Assembly (NCBI GenBank): GCA_963740355.1
Contig: CAVUDW010000003.1
Span: 1,344,001 to 1,408,000 of the forward strand
DNA length: 64,000 nucleotides
Direction of reading: 5' to 3'
From: an uncultured Gemmatimonadaceae bacterium
GTDB taxonomy: Bacteria > Gemmatimonadota > Gemmatimonadetes > Gemmatimonadales > Gemmatimonadaceae
In this document: positions 29,072-37,779 of the stretch, in pieces
Position numbering within the stretch: position 1 is the stretch's first letter
Layout: every line of letters begins with the position of its first letter
Translations under genes and position numbers: made by a program
The notes under the pieces: model-generated
The model's database searches: none
What the model saw: the letters and a program-made list of their open reading frames with translations, nothing else
Told to the model about the DNA's origin: nothing

Positions 29072-29917
29072 TCAGCCGAGTCGATACACGCTGGGCGTGA
29101 CACGATAGGCACGCCGGAAGGCGGTGGTGAAGTGGCTCTGGTCCACGAAGCCGCAGGTCAATGCGATCTCCGACATCGGCCGGCGTGTGGCGCGCAGCAA
29201 GGTGCGCGCGTGCTCCAGTCGTCGATGCCGCAGGTAGTCACCCGGTGACATGCCGACGCACTGTCGGAAGACGCGCGCGAGGTGCACCGGATGCACACCG
29301 GCGTTGCGCGCGACCTCGGCGATGCGGATCTCACCGCCGAGTGTGTCGTCGAGCTGCGCTCGTGCGCTGGCGAGCCAGGCCGGTGCGCCGCGCGGTGCGA
29401 CATGCTGGGCCGTCGCAACTTCGGAGAGCAGGGCGAGGGCCAGCGACTCGCGTCGAAGCGTGGCATCGCTTCCACCGTTCAATTCCGTTGCCGCCAACTC
29501 GCCGGCGATCGCAAGCGCCGCATCGGATCGCAAAGCGACGGGTTGCGGTGCAACACCCGCCTCGTACTGCGCCGCCTCGATCACGTCGGGCGCGATCGAA
29601 AGCGTGAGGAACTGGCCCGACATGACACGATCGCGCGCTTCGAACCGATCGCGGTGCGTGGTACCTGCAGGGTTGAAGATCAGTGCCTTGCCGATGCTGA
29701 CCGGCACTGCGTTCATCGCGCTCGAGATGTAGAGTCCATCGAGGACGAAGACGAAATGTGCGTCGTCATGCGAGTGTCGCTCGACGACGCGATGCGGATC
29801 GACTTTCAGCACCGAAATTTCCATGCCCGGGAGACGCACGCGCCGATCGAGCTGGCCGTAAAACGCCCCGAATGGCATCGCGAGGTGGCCGTGGCGGGTG
29901 GCGGTCGCATCACTCAT
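29072..29917 (-). CDS. AraC-family transcriptional regulator
   Basis: Cupin HSH; GVHPVHLARVFR and GFVDQSHFTTAFRR helix-turn-helix motifs. Confidence 0.9.
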   Translation of the reverse strand: MSDATATRHGHLAMPFGAFYGQLDRRVRLPGMEISVLKVDPHRVVERHSHDDAHFVFVLDGLYISSAMNAVPVSIGKALIFNPAGTTHRDRFEARDRVMSGQFLTLSIAPDVIEAAQYEAGVAPQPVALRSDAALAIAGELAATELNGGSDATLRRESLALALLSEVATAQHVAPRGAPAWLASARAQLDDTLGGEIRIAEVARNAGVHPVHLARVFRQCVGMSPGDYLRHRRLEHARTLLRATRRPMSEIALTCGFVDQSHFTTAFRRAYRVTPSVYRLG

Positions 29918-30075
29918 GGTGTTGACGCCATGTGCCGCACGCACGTCAGGCCCCCGCAGCCGAACGCAGGACGCGTGATGTTTTGCGAAACGCCGGGAAT
30001 GTTGCGTCGATACAAGACAGGCCTTTCTACGGGAGCAACCTTTGCTGGTGCTGGTGAACATACCCGACAACGAGG

Positions 30076-31794
30076 ATGGTCCTGATGCAGTTTCGATTTC
30101 GCCAAAGCCTGACCCTGATCGGCGCACTGTTGGCGGCGCAGGGCCTCGGCGCGCAGCCGGCCCCGCGCGCCGCGCTGCCGCAGGCTGGCGACGACCTGCT
30201 CGGCCTGTGGGGCGCTGAACCGATCCTTGGGCCACAGGTGCGCGGCCCGCTGCTGCTCGATCGAACGGCGCGCCGGTGGACGATGCGGATCGGCGGATTC
30301 GAGGCAGCAGCCGAGCAGGCGGGGGATAGTGCGATCATCGCGCTGCCCGGCGGACAAGGGACGTTGCGGCTGTGGATCAGCGGCGAAAAAACCGAGGCGT
30401 ACTGGATTCAGCCGACGGGAATGAACCCTCGCTATGCATCGCCGGTCCGCCTGCGGTCGCAGGGCGCGAACAGCTGGCGCGGGACCGTCGCACCCGTCGA
30501 CGACCAGTTTCCGCTCTACCTGTTCGTGCGGCGGATGCCCGACGGCGCGCTGCACGGAATCTTCCGCAATCCGGCGCAGAACTGGCCCGGCCGGGTGGCG
30601 TATTACGTCGTCACGCGCGATGGCGAGTCGGTGACGTTCACGAATCCGAGGACCGGCAAGGTGCAGTGGCGACAGCCGTACGATTCGGCTCGCCGCGCCA
30701 TCACCTTCGACTTTGGCACGCCGATCGTGCTCAGCCCACGAACGATCGAGCAGGCACTTGGATTCGTGCCGCGGTCGCAGGCCTTGCCCGCCTATGTGTA
30801 TCGTCGCCCCGCTGACATCGGCGATGGCTGGACCGTCAGCGAGGCCTCTACGGCGGGCGTCGATCCGGCGGCGTTGCAGGCGATCGTGCGCGGGTTGTAT
30901 GGCGCCGACCCACTCAGCGACACAGCACCGCGCGTCCACTCGCTGCTGGTGGCTCGACGCGGCCGCCTGGTGCTGGAGGAGTATTTCCGCGGCTCGGCGC
31001 AGGATGCGATGCACGACCTGCGATCAGCCTCGAAGACCATGACGTCGATCATGGTGGGTTCGGCGATACATCACGGTGCCGCGATCAGCAGCAGGACGAC
31101 CCTTCCCGGCACACCGATCACGGTGGGCCAACTGCTGTCGCACAGCTCGGGGCTGGCCTGTAATGACGATGACGATGCGTCGCCGGGCAACGAGGACACC
31201 ATGCAGTCGCAGCAGGCGCAGGAGGACTGGTACGCCTTCTTTCTCGCGCTGCCAAAGGTCCACGCCCCGGGCACCACCTACGCGTACTGCTCGGCGGGCA
31301 TCAACATCACCGGCAAGGTGCTCGGCGCAGCGACCAGGCTGTGGCTGCCGCGGGTGTTCGAGACCCAGCTCGCACTTCCGATGCGATTCTCCCGCTACGG
31401 CATCAACCTGATGCCGACGGGCGAGGCATATTCCGGTGGCGGCATGTATCTGCTGCCGCGCGACTTTCTGAAGTTCGGACAGCTCTATCTGGATGGCGGC
31501 CTCTGGCATGGCACGCGACTCGTCAGCGCAGCATGGGTACGCCAATCCACTGCGCACGTGATCGATCGCGCGGATGGATCGGACGATGGGCTTGGCTGGC
31601 ATCGGCACCTGCTGTCAGTCGGCACGCGGCGCTACCAGACGTACGAGGCCAGCGGAAACGGCGGGCAGTTCGCGGTGGTGATCCCCGAGTTGCAGATGAC
31701 CATCGTCGTCACAGCCGGCAATTACGGTCAGTACGACGTGTGGCAGAAGATTCGCGATGAGCTCGTGCCCGCCGTCATGCGGACGGCGCACTGA
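30076..31794 (+). CDS. Exported serine hydrolase, beta-lactamase class C fold
   Basis: Signal peptide; SxxK (RSASK), LLSHSSGL, YCS, ASGNGGQ. Confidence 0.85.
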   Translation: MVLMQFRFRQSLTLIGALLAAQGLGAQPAPRAALPQAGDDLLGLWGAEPILGPQVRGPLLLDRTARRWTMRIGGFEAAAEQAGDSAIIALPGGQGTLRLWISGEKTEAYWIQPTGMNPRYASPVRLRSQGANSWRGTVAPVDDQFPLYLFVRRMPDGALHGIFRNPAQNWPGRVAYYVVTRDGESVTFTNPRTGKVQWRQPYDSARRAITFDFGTPIVLSPRTIEQALGFVPRSQALPAYVYRRPADIGDGWTVSEASTAGVDPAALQAIVRGLYGADPLSDTAPRVHSLLVARRGRLVLEEYFRGSAQDAMHDLRSASKTMTSIMVGSAIHHGAAISSRTTLPGTPITVGQLLSHSSGLACNDDDDASPGNEDTMQSQQAQEDWYAFFLALPKVHAPGTTYAYCSAGINITGKVLGAATRLWLPRVFETQLALPMRFSRYGINLMPTGEAYSGGGMYLLPRDFLKFGQLYLDGGLWHGTRLVSAAWVRQSTAHVIDRADGSDDGLGWHRHLLSVGTRRYQTYEASGNGGQFAVVIPELQMTIVVTAGNYGQYDVWQKIRDELVPAVMRTAH

Positions 31795-32235
31795 GCCAGA
31801 CTCGACCGATCCTGCGGCCTCGAGCCTGCGGTGATGCCGCTGCGTCGTGTCATGCACGCGGAATGGCGAGGCAGACTCTTCCAATCTGATGTATCTCAGC
31901 GCGGTCACATACTCGTGATCGCGCCTGACTCTTGTCGTTTCGGGGGTCGCCGCACCTGACTCTTGATATGTCTCTCGTTGCACCCTATCGTCGACGCGTG
32001 CGGCACAGCTGTTGCTCAGTGCGATGCCACGCGATGATTTGGGAACACTCCAACACATCGAGCCTTAACAGATCGAATCGACAGTCGTCCGCAACGTTGC
32101 GTGCATCAATTGCGTTGAGAATCGTGCACTCGCGTGAGGGTATGGCGCCTGTTGCGTGTCATTCGAGACATGATCACCCCTTTCATTCAACCCATCGAGC
32201 CGATGTCTGTTGCAGTGCGAGCGACGGGGCGCGGG

Positions 32236-33168
32236 ATGCGAAGCGGTTTCACTGCACCGTGGCGGCTGCACTATTACCGCGATGAATTCGGAAACTTTGG
32301 CGACGACCTCAATCCATGGCTCTGGCCACGCCTGTTGCCGGAGCTGCTGAACGAGAAGGCGGAAGGCGCGCTGGTTGGGATTGGCACCATCGTCAACGAT
32401 CAGCTGCCACCTGGGCCGAAGGTCATCGTCGGGTCGGGCGTCGGGTACGGGAAGGTACCCAGACTGACGGACGACTGGGCAGTGCATTTCGTGCGCGGCC
32501 CCGCCACTGCCCGCGCACTCGGCGTGCCCACCTCGTTCGCCATCACCGACCCGGCCCATCTCATCACGCAGTTCATCCGCCCCCTGCCGCGCGGCAAGGG
32601 AACGGTCTACGTACCGCACCATGTGAGTGCGTACCGCGCCGACTGGCGCACGGTCGCCACGGCGGCCGGCATGCACTACGTCGATCCGGCTTCGAATGTG
32701 CTGTCGGTCGTGGAAGCGATCCGCAGCGCGCGACTGGTGGTGACGTCGGCGATGCACGGCGCGATCCTCGCCGAGGCGTTCCGCGTGCCGTGGATTCGCA
32801 CCAAGGCGTACGCGCACCTGAACGACTTCAAGTGGCAGGACTGGGGTGACTCACTCGGTGTCGACACCACCGCGGAATTGCTGCCGGAGCTGCACGATCA
32901 GTCGGCCGCGGGCTTCAAGCAGCGGCTGTTGCGGGTGACGCGGGCCTGGCAGCGTGCGGGACGCCCTCGGCGCACGTCGCCGGTGAGTGTCCCTGCCATC
33001 GAAAGCGAGAAGGAGCAGTTCGATCGCGCCGTGGCGCGCCTGAGCGCGCTCAACGACCCGTCGCTGGGCACCCTCTCCGCTGATGCAGTGCTCGCGGATC
33101 GGGTGGAGCAATTGGTCGAGGCCGTGCAGCAGTTGAAGCGCCGGCTTTGCCCTGCGCATCTGAACTGA
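32236..33168 (+). CDS. ExoV-like polysaccharide pyruvyl transferase
   Basis: GNFGDDLN, GSGVGY, VRGP, TDPA, AMHGAI.AEAFRVPW; start codon uncertain. Confidence 0.8.
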   Translation: MRSGFTAPWRLHYYRDEFGNFGDDLNPWLWPRLLPELLNEKAEGALVGIGTIVNDQLPPGPKVIVGSGVGYGKVPRLTDDWAVHFVRGPATARALGVPTSFAITDPAHLITQFIRPLPRGKGTVYVPHHVSAYRADWRTVATAAGMHYVDPASNVLSVVEAIRSARLVVTSAMHGAILAEAFRVPWIRTKAYAHLNDFKWQDWGDSLGVDTTAELLPELHDQSAAGFKQRLLRVTRAWQRAGRPRRTSPVSVPAIESEKEQFDRAVARLSALNDPSLGTLSADAVLADRVEQLVEAVQQLKRRLCPAHLN

Positions 33169-33254
33169 GTCGCACGTCGGCGCCGGCTGCACGCAGCATG
33201 GAACTGCCGGAGCGTACGACTCCAACCCACACGGAACGCGCAGGACCTTCCGAC

Positions 33255-33671
33255 TCAGCTCACGTCGCGGGCCGACGGCGCAGCCACGTCAGCGACCGTC
33301 GTACCGCGCAGGAACTCTTCACGCGCGTTTCCCAGTTGCCGCCAGCGCTCGTGCGCCGCGCATGGCAACGACTCCTGACAGCGGCTGCGGCCGAGGATAC
33401 AGGTCTTGCCGGCCTGGGTCGGCTCGAACGGCGCCACCACATCGAACAATCGGATGCGTTCTGCGGGCCGTGAAAGCTTGAACCCGCCGGTACGGCCACG
33501 CGTCGATTCCAGCAGGCCGGCGCGTGTCAGCTGGTTGAGGATCTTGCCGCGATAGTTCGCGGGAACGCGCACCTTGCCTTCCATCGAGATCGCCGGCACC
33601 AGTGCATCGGCCGGCTGCTGCGCGATGAACGCCATGATGCGAAGGGCGTATTCGGAAGTTTGTGAGAGCAC
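33255..33671 (-). CDS. Rrf2-family regulator with probable Fe-S ligands
   Basis: SQTSEYALR, STRGRTGGF, C-x7-C-x5-C-x2-H; start taken as the GTG at 33671 (TTG at 33686 also possible). Confidence 0.88.
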   Translation of the reverse strand: MLSQTSEYALRIMAFIAQQPADALVPAISMEGKVRVPANYRGKILNQLTRAGLLESTRGRTGGFKLSRPAERIRLFDVVAPFEPTQAGKTCILGRSRCQESLPCAAHERWRQLGNAREEFLRGTTVADVAAPSARDVS

Positions 33672-33763
33672 GGGAGTGTGTGGCAAAAGCTGCGAGCAGT
33701 GTCTTCGTTCAGTTTACAAAGTGACGGGAGCCATGGGTAAGTGGGAATTACCCGACGCCGGCG

Positions 33764-34588
33764 TCAGAAGTCCCTGCGATCGAAGGCCTTCGCGCCGGCC
33801 CACCAGGGAATCACCATCCAGCTGGCCAGCGCCACGAACGCGAGCACGAGACCGGAGGCACTGCCGAACGCCATCCGAAAGACAGCACCGGTGTATCCCA
33901 TGAGCGCGGCCACATCGAGCCGCAGCAGCAGGATCGTGCGCGCCAGGTCGATGGGATTGAGCACCATTGCCGCCAGCATGCCACGCTCGATCGGCCAATC
34001 CCTGAATGCGGTCGCGATCGCGAGGATGATCCCGTCGTAGAGAATGCCGAGTGCGAGCCAGAGCAGGATCGCGACCCCGAGCCCTCGCGCGCGATCACGC
34101 ACACTGACGGTGATCAGGAACGCCAGCGCCGTAAACACTCCCACCAGCAGCACACTGACCGCCAGCAGCACCAGCAGCATTGGTAGCGTGGCGGGATCGA
34201 GCGCTCGCTCGAGGACGAAGGGCAAACCGATCCCCACCAGCGTCGCGCCCATCAGGGGCAGGGTCAGGCCGAGGTAGAGACCAATGAAGAGCGCCCGCCG
34301 CGGGATCGGCTGTGCCAGCAGCAACTCCGTGAACTCCCGCGCGCTGTACAACGAGGCAGAGCCAAGGATCAGCGCGATCAGTGGCACCAGCAGCAGTACG
34401 ACGTTCAGTAGCGACACCAGCGCCGATGGCCCACTCCCCGCCAAGCGAAGCAACAGGTCACCCGCGACGGCGAGGACGATGGCGTAGGCGATCACCCAAC
34501 GCTTGCGCAAAACATCACGAGACTGATGCACCGCGATGATGCCGGCGAGCGCGCCGGTACCCGGCACCGACATGGATGAAGTGCTCAT
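33764..34588 (-). CDS. nosY: Nos ABC transporter permease
   Basis: Multi-pass membrane protein; ELLLAQPI.R, LNPIDLAR, ALMGYTGA; overlaps nosF. Confidence 0.85.
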   Translation of the reverse strand: MSTSSMSVPGTGALAGIIAVHQSRDVLRKRWVIAYAIVLAVAGDLLLRLAGSGPSALVSLLNVVLLLVPLIALILGSASLYSAREFTELLLAQPIPRRALFIGLYLGLTLPLMGATLVGIGLPFVLERALDPATLPMLLVLLAVSVLLVGVFTALAFLITVSVRDRARGLGVAILLWLALGILYDGIILAIATAFRDWPIERGMLAAMVLNPIDLARTILLLRLDVAALMGYTGAVFRMAFGSASGLVLAFVALASWMVIPWWAGAKAFDRRDF

Positions 34589-35364
34589 GACGACGCCTCT
34601 CGCACGACGTGAAGGTGGGGCTGCCCAGTCGGCACCGCGAGGGCCGCCGGCGGGATGTCCGCGAGGGGCGACTGCATCAGCGTGGTCAGTGCTTCGTCGA
34701 GTGAAGAGGCAAGCGCTTCACGCAGGAGCGCTTCCACTGGCCCCGCGAAACGGATCGAGCCGTCGAGCAGGAAGGCGATGTCGTCAGCCAGCACCGCCAG
34801 TTCGGCGACAACGTGGGTGGTGAGCAGGATCGTCGTGCCCGCGTCGCGGGCCGCCATCACGGCCACCTTGAAGACGGAGGCGGCCAATGGATCGAGGCCG
34901 GCGGTGGGTTCGTCCAGAACCAACAGCGTGGGGCGGTATCGGAACGCGATCACGGCGGAGAGCTTCTGCCTCGTGCCCCCGGACAGCGTGCGCACCGGCT
35001 TGTCGAGTTGCCCCGCGACGGCGAACCGTTCCAGCAACGTGTTGTCCGGCACGACATCGGGACGCAGAGCGTCGAGCATCGCGAGCACCTCGTGACCGGT
35101 GAGATTGTCCGGAAAACTCGGCGTCTGCGGCATGTAGCCGATGGCTGCGCGTGCGGCGGGGAGTCGAACATCACGACCGTCAGCCAGGGTGATGGTGCCA
35201 CGATCGGGGCGTGTGAGGCCGAGGATACAGCGAATCAACGTGCTCTTCCCTGCCGCGTTCGGGCCGACGATGGCTGTCACACGGCCAGGTGTGAGGGCGA
35301 GGTCGATGCCGCGCAGCACAGGCAGCTGACCAAAGCGCTTGTAGACGCCGGTGAATCGGATCAT
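34585..35364 (-). CDS. nosF: Nos ABC transporter ATPase
   Basis: GPNAAGKS, LSGGTRQK, LDEPTAGLD; lies between nosD and nosY. Confidence 0.88.
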   Translation of the reverse strand: MIRFTGVYKRFGQLPVLRGIDLALTPGRVTAIVGPNAAGKSTLIRCILGLTRPDRGTITLADGRDVRLPAARAAIGYMPQTPSFPDNLTGHEVLAMLDALRPDVVPDNTLLERFAVAGQLDKPVRTLSGGTRQKLSAVIAFRYRPTLLVLDEPTAGLDPLAASVFKVAVMAARDAGTTILLTTHVVAELAVLADDIAFLLDGSIRFAGPVEALLREALASSLDEALTTLMQSPLADIPPAALAVPTGQPHLHVVREASS

Positions 35365-36626
35365 GGGTGTGCCCGCATGGCAGGGGCCGTATCCACCACC
35401 GCGGCCGGAGTGAGCACTGGCAGCACACGTTCGGCAAGGTCGAGCAGGTCGAGCAGGAAGGAGCGAAGCAGGATCAGCGCCGGCGGGTTGTTCTCCACGA
35501 TTAGCGAGAAGAAGCGCACCGGGTGATGCGGCACATCGCCCACGCCATCGCGATCGAGGTCGTAGCCGCGGTAGGCATCCCAGTAGTTGTCGTGCATCTG
35601 GGTGGTATTGCGGTCACCCACCGCCACGACGTCGAAGGCGTTGCCGACGAAGTCATTGCGTGCCACAGTGTTGTTCTCGGCACTGGCCATGAGCCGCAGT
35701 GCCCAGCCGTTGCGCTCCATGCGATTGCCGACGATCTGGTTCCGGTTGGCATCCTCGAGGTGCAACCCGACGGAGTTCGACCGGAAGGTGTTGCCCTCGA
35801 TGCGCGAATCGGAGATCGACTTCAGGAGCAGGCCATAGGAGGCGCTGCCGCGTGAGTCGGCGAAGAGGTTGTCGCGCAGCTCGACATGATTGGTGTACAT
35901 CACCGCAATACCGGCCGCGTTGTGCTCGAACCGGTTGTGGATGTACTGGCAGCTGTCGGAGAACATGAAGTGCAGGCCATACCGTCCGTTCTCGCGGCTG
36001 ATGTTGTCGCGTGCCACGCCGCCGTGCGAGAACTCGAAGTACATGCCATCGCGATGCCGCTCGATGGTGTTGTGGGTGAGCAGCACGTCGCGTGAGTACC
36101 AGAGGTGAATGCCATTGCCGGCATCCATCTCACCGCCGGCGGTGCCGCTGATGATGTTGTCACGCACCTCGCAGCCCGTCACCCGCGCGAGGTAGACGCC
36201 GAAAAACGCCTGCTCGATCCGGTTGCCAACCACGCGACAGTCGGTGACATCGGCGAAGCGAATGGCCGCCCGATCGTCGATGCCGCTGAAGCCGGTGTTC
36301 CTGAGGGTGAGCCCCTCGATACTCACGTGTGATGCCCGGACCACCACCAACGCGTGCGTCCCCTCGCCATCCAGCACGGTGCCCGCTTCACCGCGGAGGG
36401 TGACCGGCTGCAGCACCATCAGCGTCGGCTCGCGGTATGTACCGCGATGGATCACGAGGGTGTCGAACGGCTGCGCTGCGGCCAGTGCCGCGGTGATTGG
36501 CATACCACGCGTGGGGTAGACGTCGACTTGTCGCGCCTGTAGCGATGGCGCCGCGAGTAACATCAGCGCGAGGCCGCAGCCCACCGTCGCGTCGCGATGC
36601 GGGCAGGCGTGCAAATCAGCTCGCAT
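35361..36626 (-). CDS. nosD: Nitrous oxide reductase maturation protein
   Basis: Beta-helix repeats; GNGIHLW, RYGLHFMFS, NYWD.Y.GYDLDRDGVGDVP. Confidence 0.92.
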   Translation of the reverse strand: MRADLHACPHRDATVGCGLALMLLAAPSLQARQVDVYPTRGMPITAALAAAQPFDTLVIHRGTYREPTLMVLQPVTLRGEAGTVLDGEGTHALVVVRASHVSIEGLTLRNTGFSGIDDRAAIRFADVTDCRVVGNRIEQAFFGVYLARVTGCEVRDNIISGTAGGEMDAGNGIHLWYSRDVLLTHNTIERHRDGMYFEFSHGGVARDNISRENGRYGLHFMFSDSCQYIHNRFEHNAAGIAVMYTNHVELRDNLFADSRGSASYGLLLKSISDSRIEGNTFRSNSVGLHLEDANRNQIVGNRMERNGWALRLMASAENNTVARNDFVGNAFDVVAVGDRNTTQMHDNYWDAYRGYDLDRDGVGDVPHHPVRFFSLIVENNPPALILLRSFLLDLLDLAERVLPVLTPAAVVDTAPAMRAHP

Positions 36627-37707
36627 GGTGTGCATCGGCTGACTCGTGCGACTGCGCAGTGGAAGCGGCCTTCGCTGCGCGCACCAGCGACGGCCAGTCA
36701 CGCACCGCACCGCCATACCGCGTCACAGCCGCTGCGGGCGCGCTGCCAGGTGCGAGCGCGAGCAGGGAGCGGCCCATGGGTGACCCGATCGTCGAGCCGG
36801 TGATGAAGACCGCCTTGCTGGCTGGCAGCCAGGTGCCAGGGTGCTCGAAGTCACTGACCCAGACGTCGGCCAGCGTGGTACTGTCGGCGCTGGCGACATA
36901 TGCGGCGAGGCACTCGAGCGCGTCGAAGGTCTGGACGCGACCGGTGCGCGTGACCACCTCGCCGCCGAAGCGCGGGTCGGTGATCATCATGCGGCACTGC
37001 GCACACTCATCGGTACCCGCCACCAGTGCCCGCGGGCCCGCCGTGCCGCACGCACCAACCACCAGCGACGCCACCAGCACCATGGCGGTGGAGGCCAGCG
37101 GCACGGCGCGCTGTACCGCGCCGGCATTCGGCGACCGACGCACGACCAGCAGGTACATCAACACCAGTCCGAACACGCCCCCTGCCGCGATCAGCATCCA
37201 GCCACCGATATCTGGATACGAATTCGCCACGAAGTTGAGGATCTGCTTCGAGCCGAAGAGCGGTGGCTGATAGGTGAGCCCAGGGATCCGGATGGCTGCG
37301 TCAGGATTCAGGTTGTGGCCGTAGTCGTATTCCCATCGCCAGAAGTCGTACACGCCCGCGCCCAGAGTCGCGAGCACCGCGCAGGCCCAGCCGATGTAGA
37401 GGCCACGCGCACCGCGCCAGGCTACCAGCAGTCCGGTGAGCGCGATGGTCGCTGCGATCCATGGCATGTAACGCAGCTCCGGGATCGCATCCGGCTCGAT
37501 GCGATGCATCCCGATGTAGTGGTTCAAGCCGTTGATGTTGTCGAGGTCGTGCTCGGTGACACCGGTCACGCCATTCACGTGGATCAGCATCCCGATCCCT
37601 TCCGGGTACTGCGGCGCCTCGAGCGTCACGCGCCAGAGGGGGAAGGCAAACACACCGAGAACGGCGACGGCGGCGAGCGCCACCAGCCAACGAGTGAAAC
37701 GAGGCAT
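36616..37707 (-). CDS. nosL: NosB-like membrane domain fused to a NosL copper-chaperone domain
   Basis: N-terminal APQYPEG, INGLNHYIGM, YGHNL; C-terminal CAQCRM, FDALEC, SPMG. Confidence 0.8.
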   Translation of the reverse strand: MPRFTRWLVALAAVAVLGVFAFPLWRVTLEAPQYPEGIGMLIHVNGVTGVTEHDLDNINGLNHYIGMHRIEPDAIPELRYMPWIAATIALTGLLVAWRGARGLYIGWACAVLATLGAGVYDFWRWEYDYGHNLNPDAAIRIPGLTYQPPLFGSKQILNFVANSYPDIGGWMLIAAGGVFGLVLMYLLVVRRSPNAGAVQRAVPLASTAMVLVASLVVGACGTAGPRALVAGTDECAQCRMMITDPRFGGEVVTRTGRVQTFDALECLAAYVASADSTTLADVWVSDFEHPGTWLPASKAVFITGSTIGSPMGRSLLALAPGSAPAAAVTRYGGAVRDWPSLVRAAKAASTAQSHESADAHHAS

Positions 37708-37779
37708 CGGGACCTGTCGAAGAAGGAGCGAGAGCGGCGGCGGTGGCGTGGAGCCACCACCGCCGTCTGAAAGTCGAGA

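Noticed and set aside
30076..31794. Antibiotic-resistance beta-lactamase
   Set aside because: It has the generic serine hydrolase fold with YCS rather than YxN and no KTG; there is no evidence for beta-lactam specificity.
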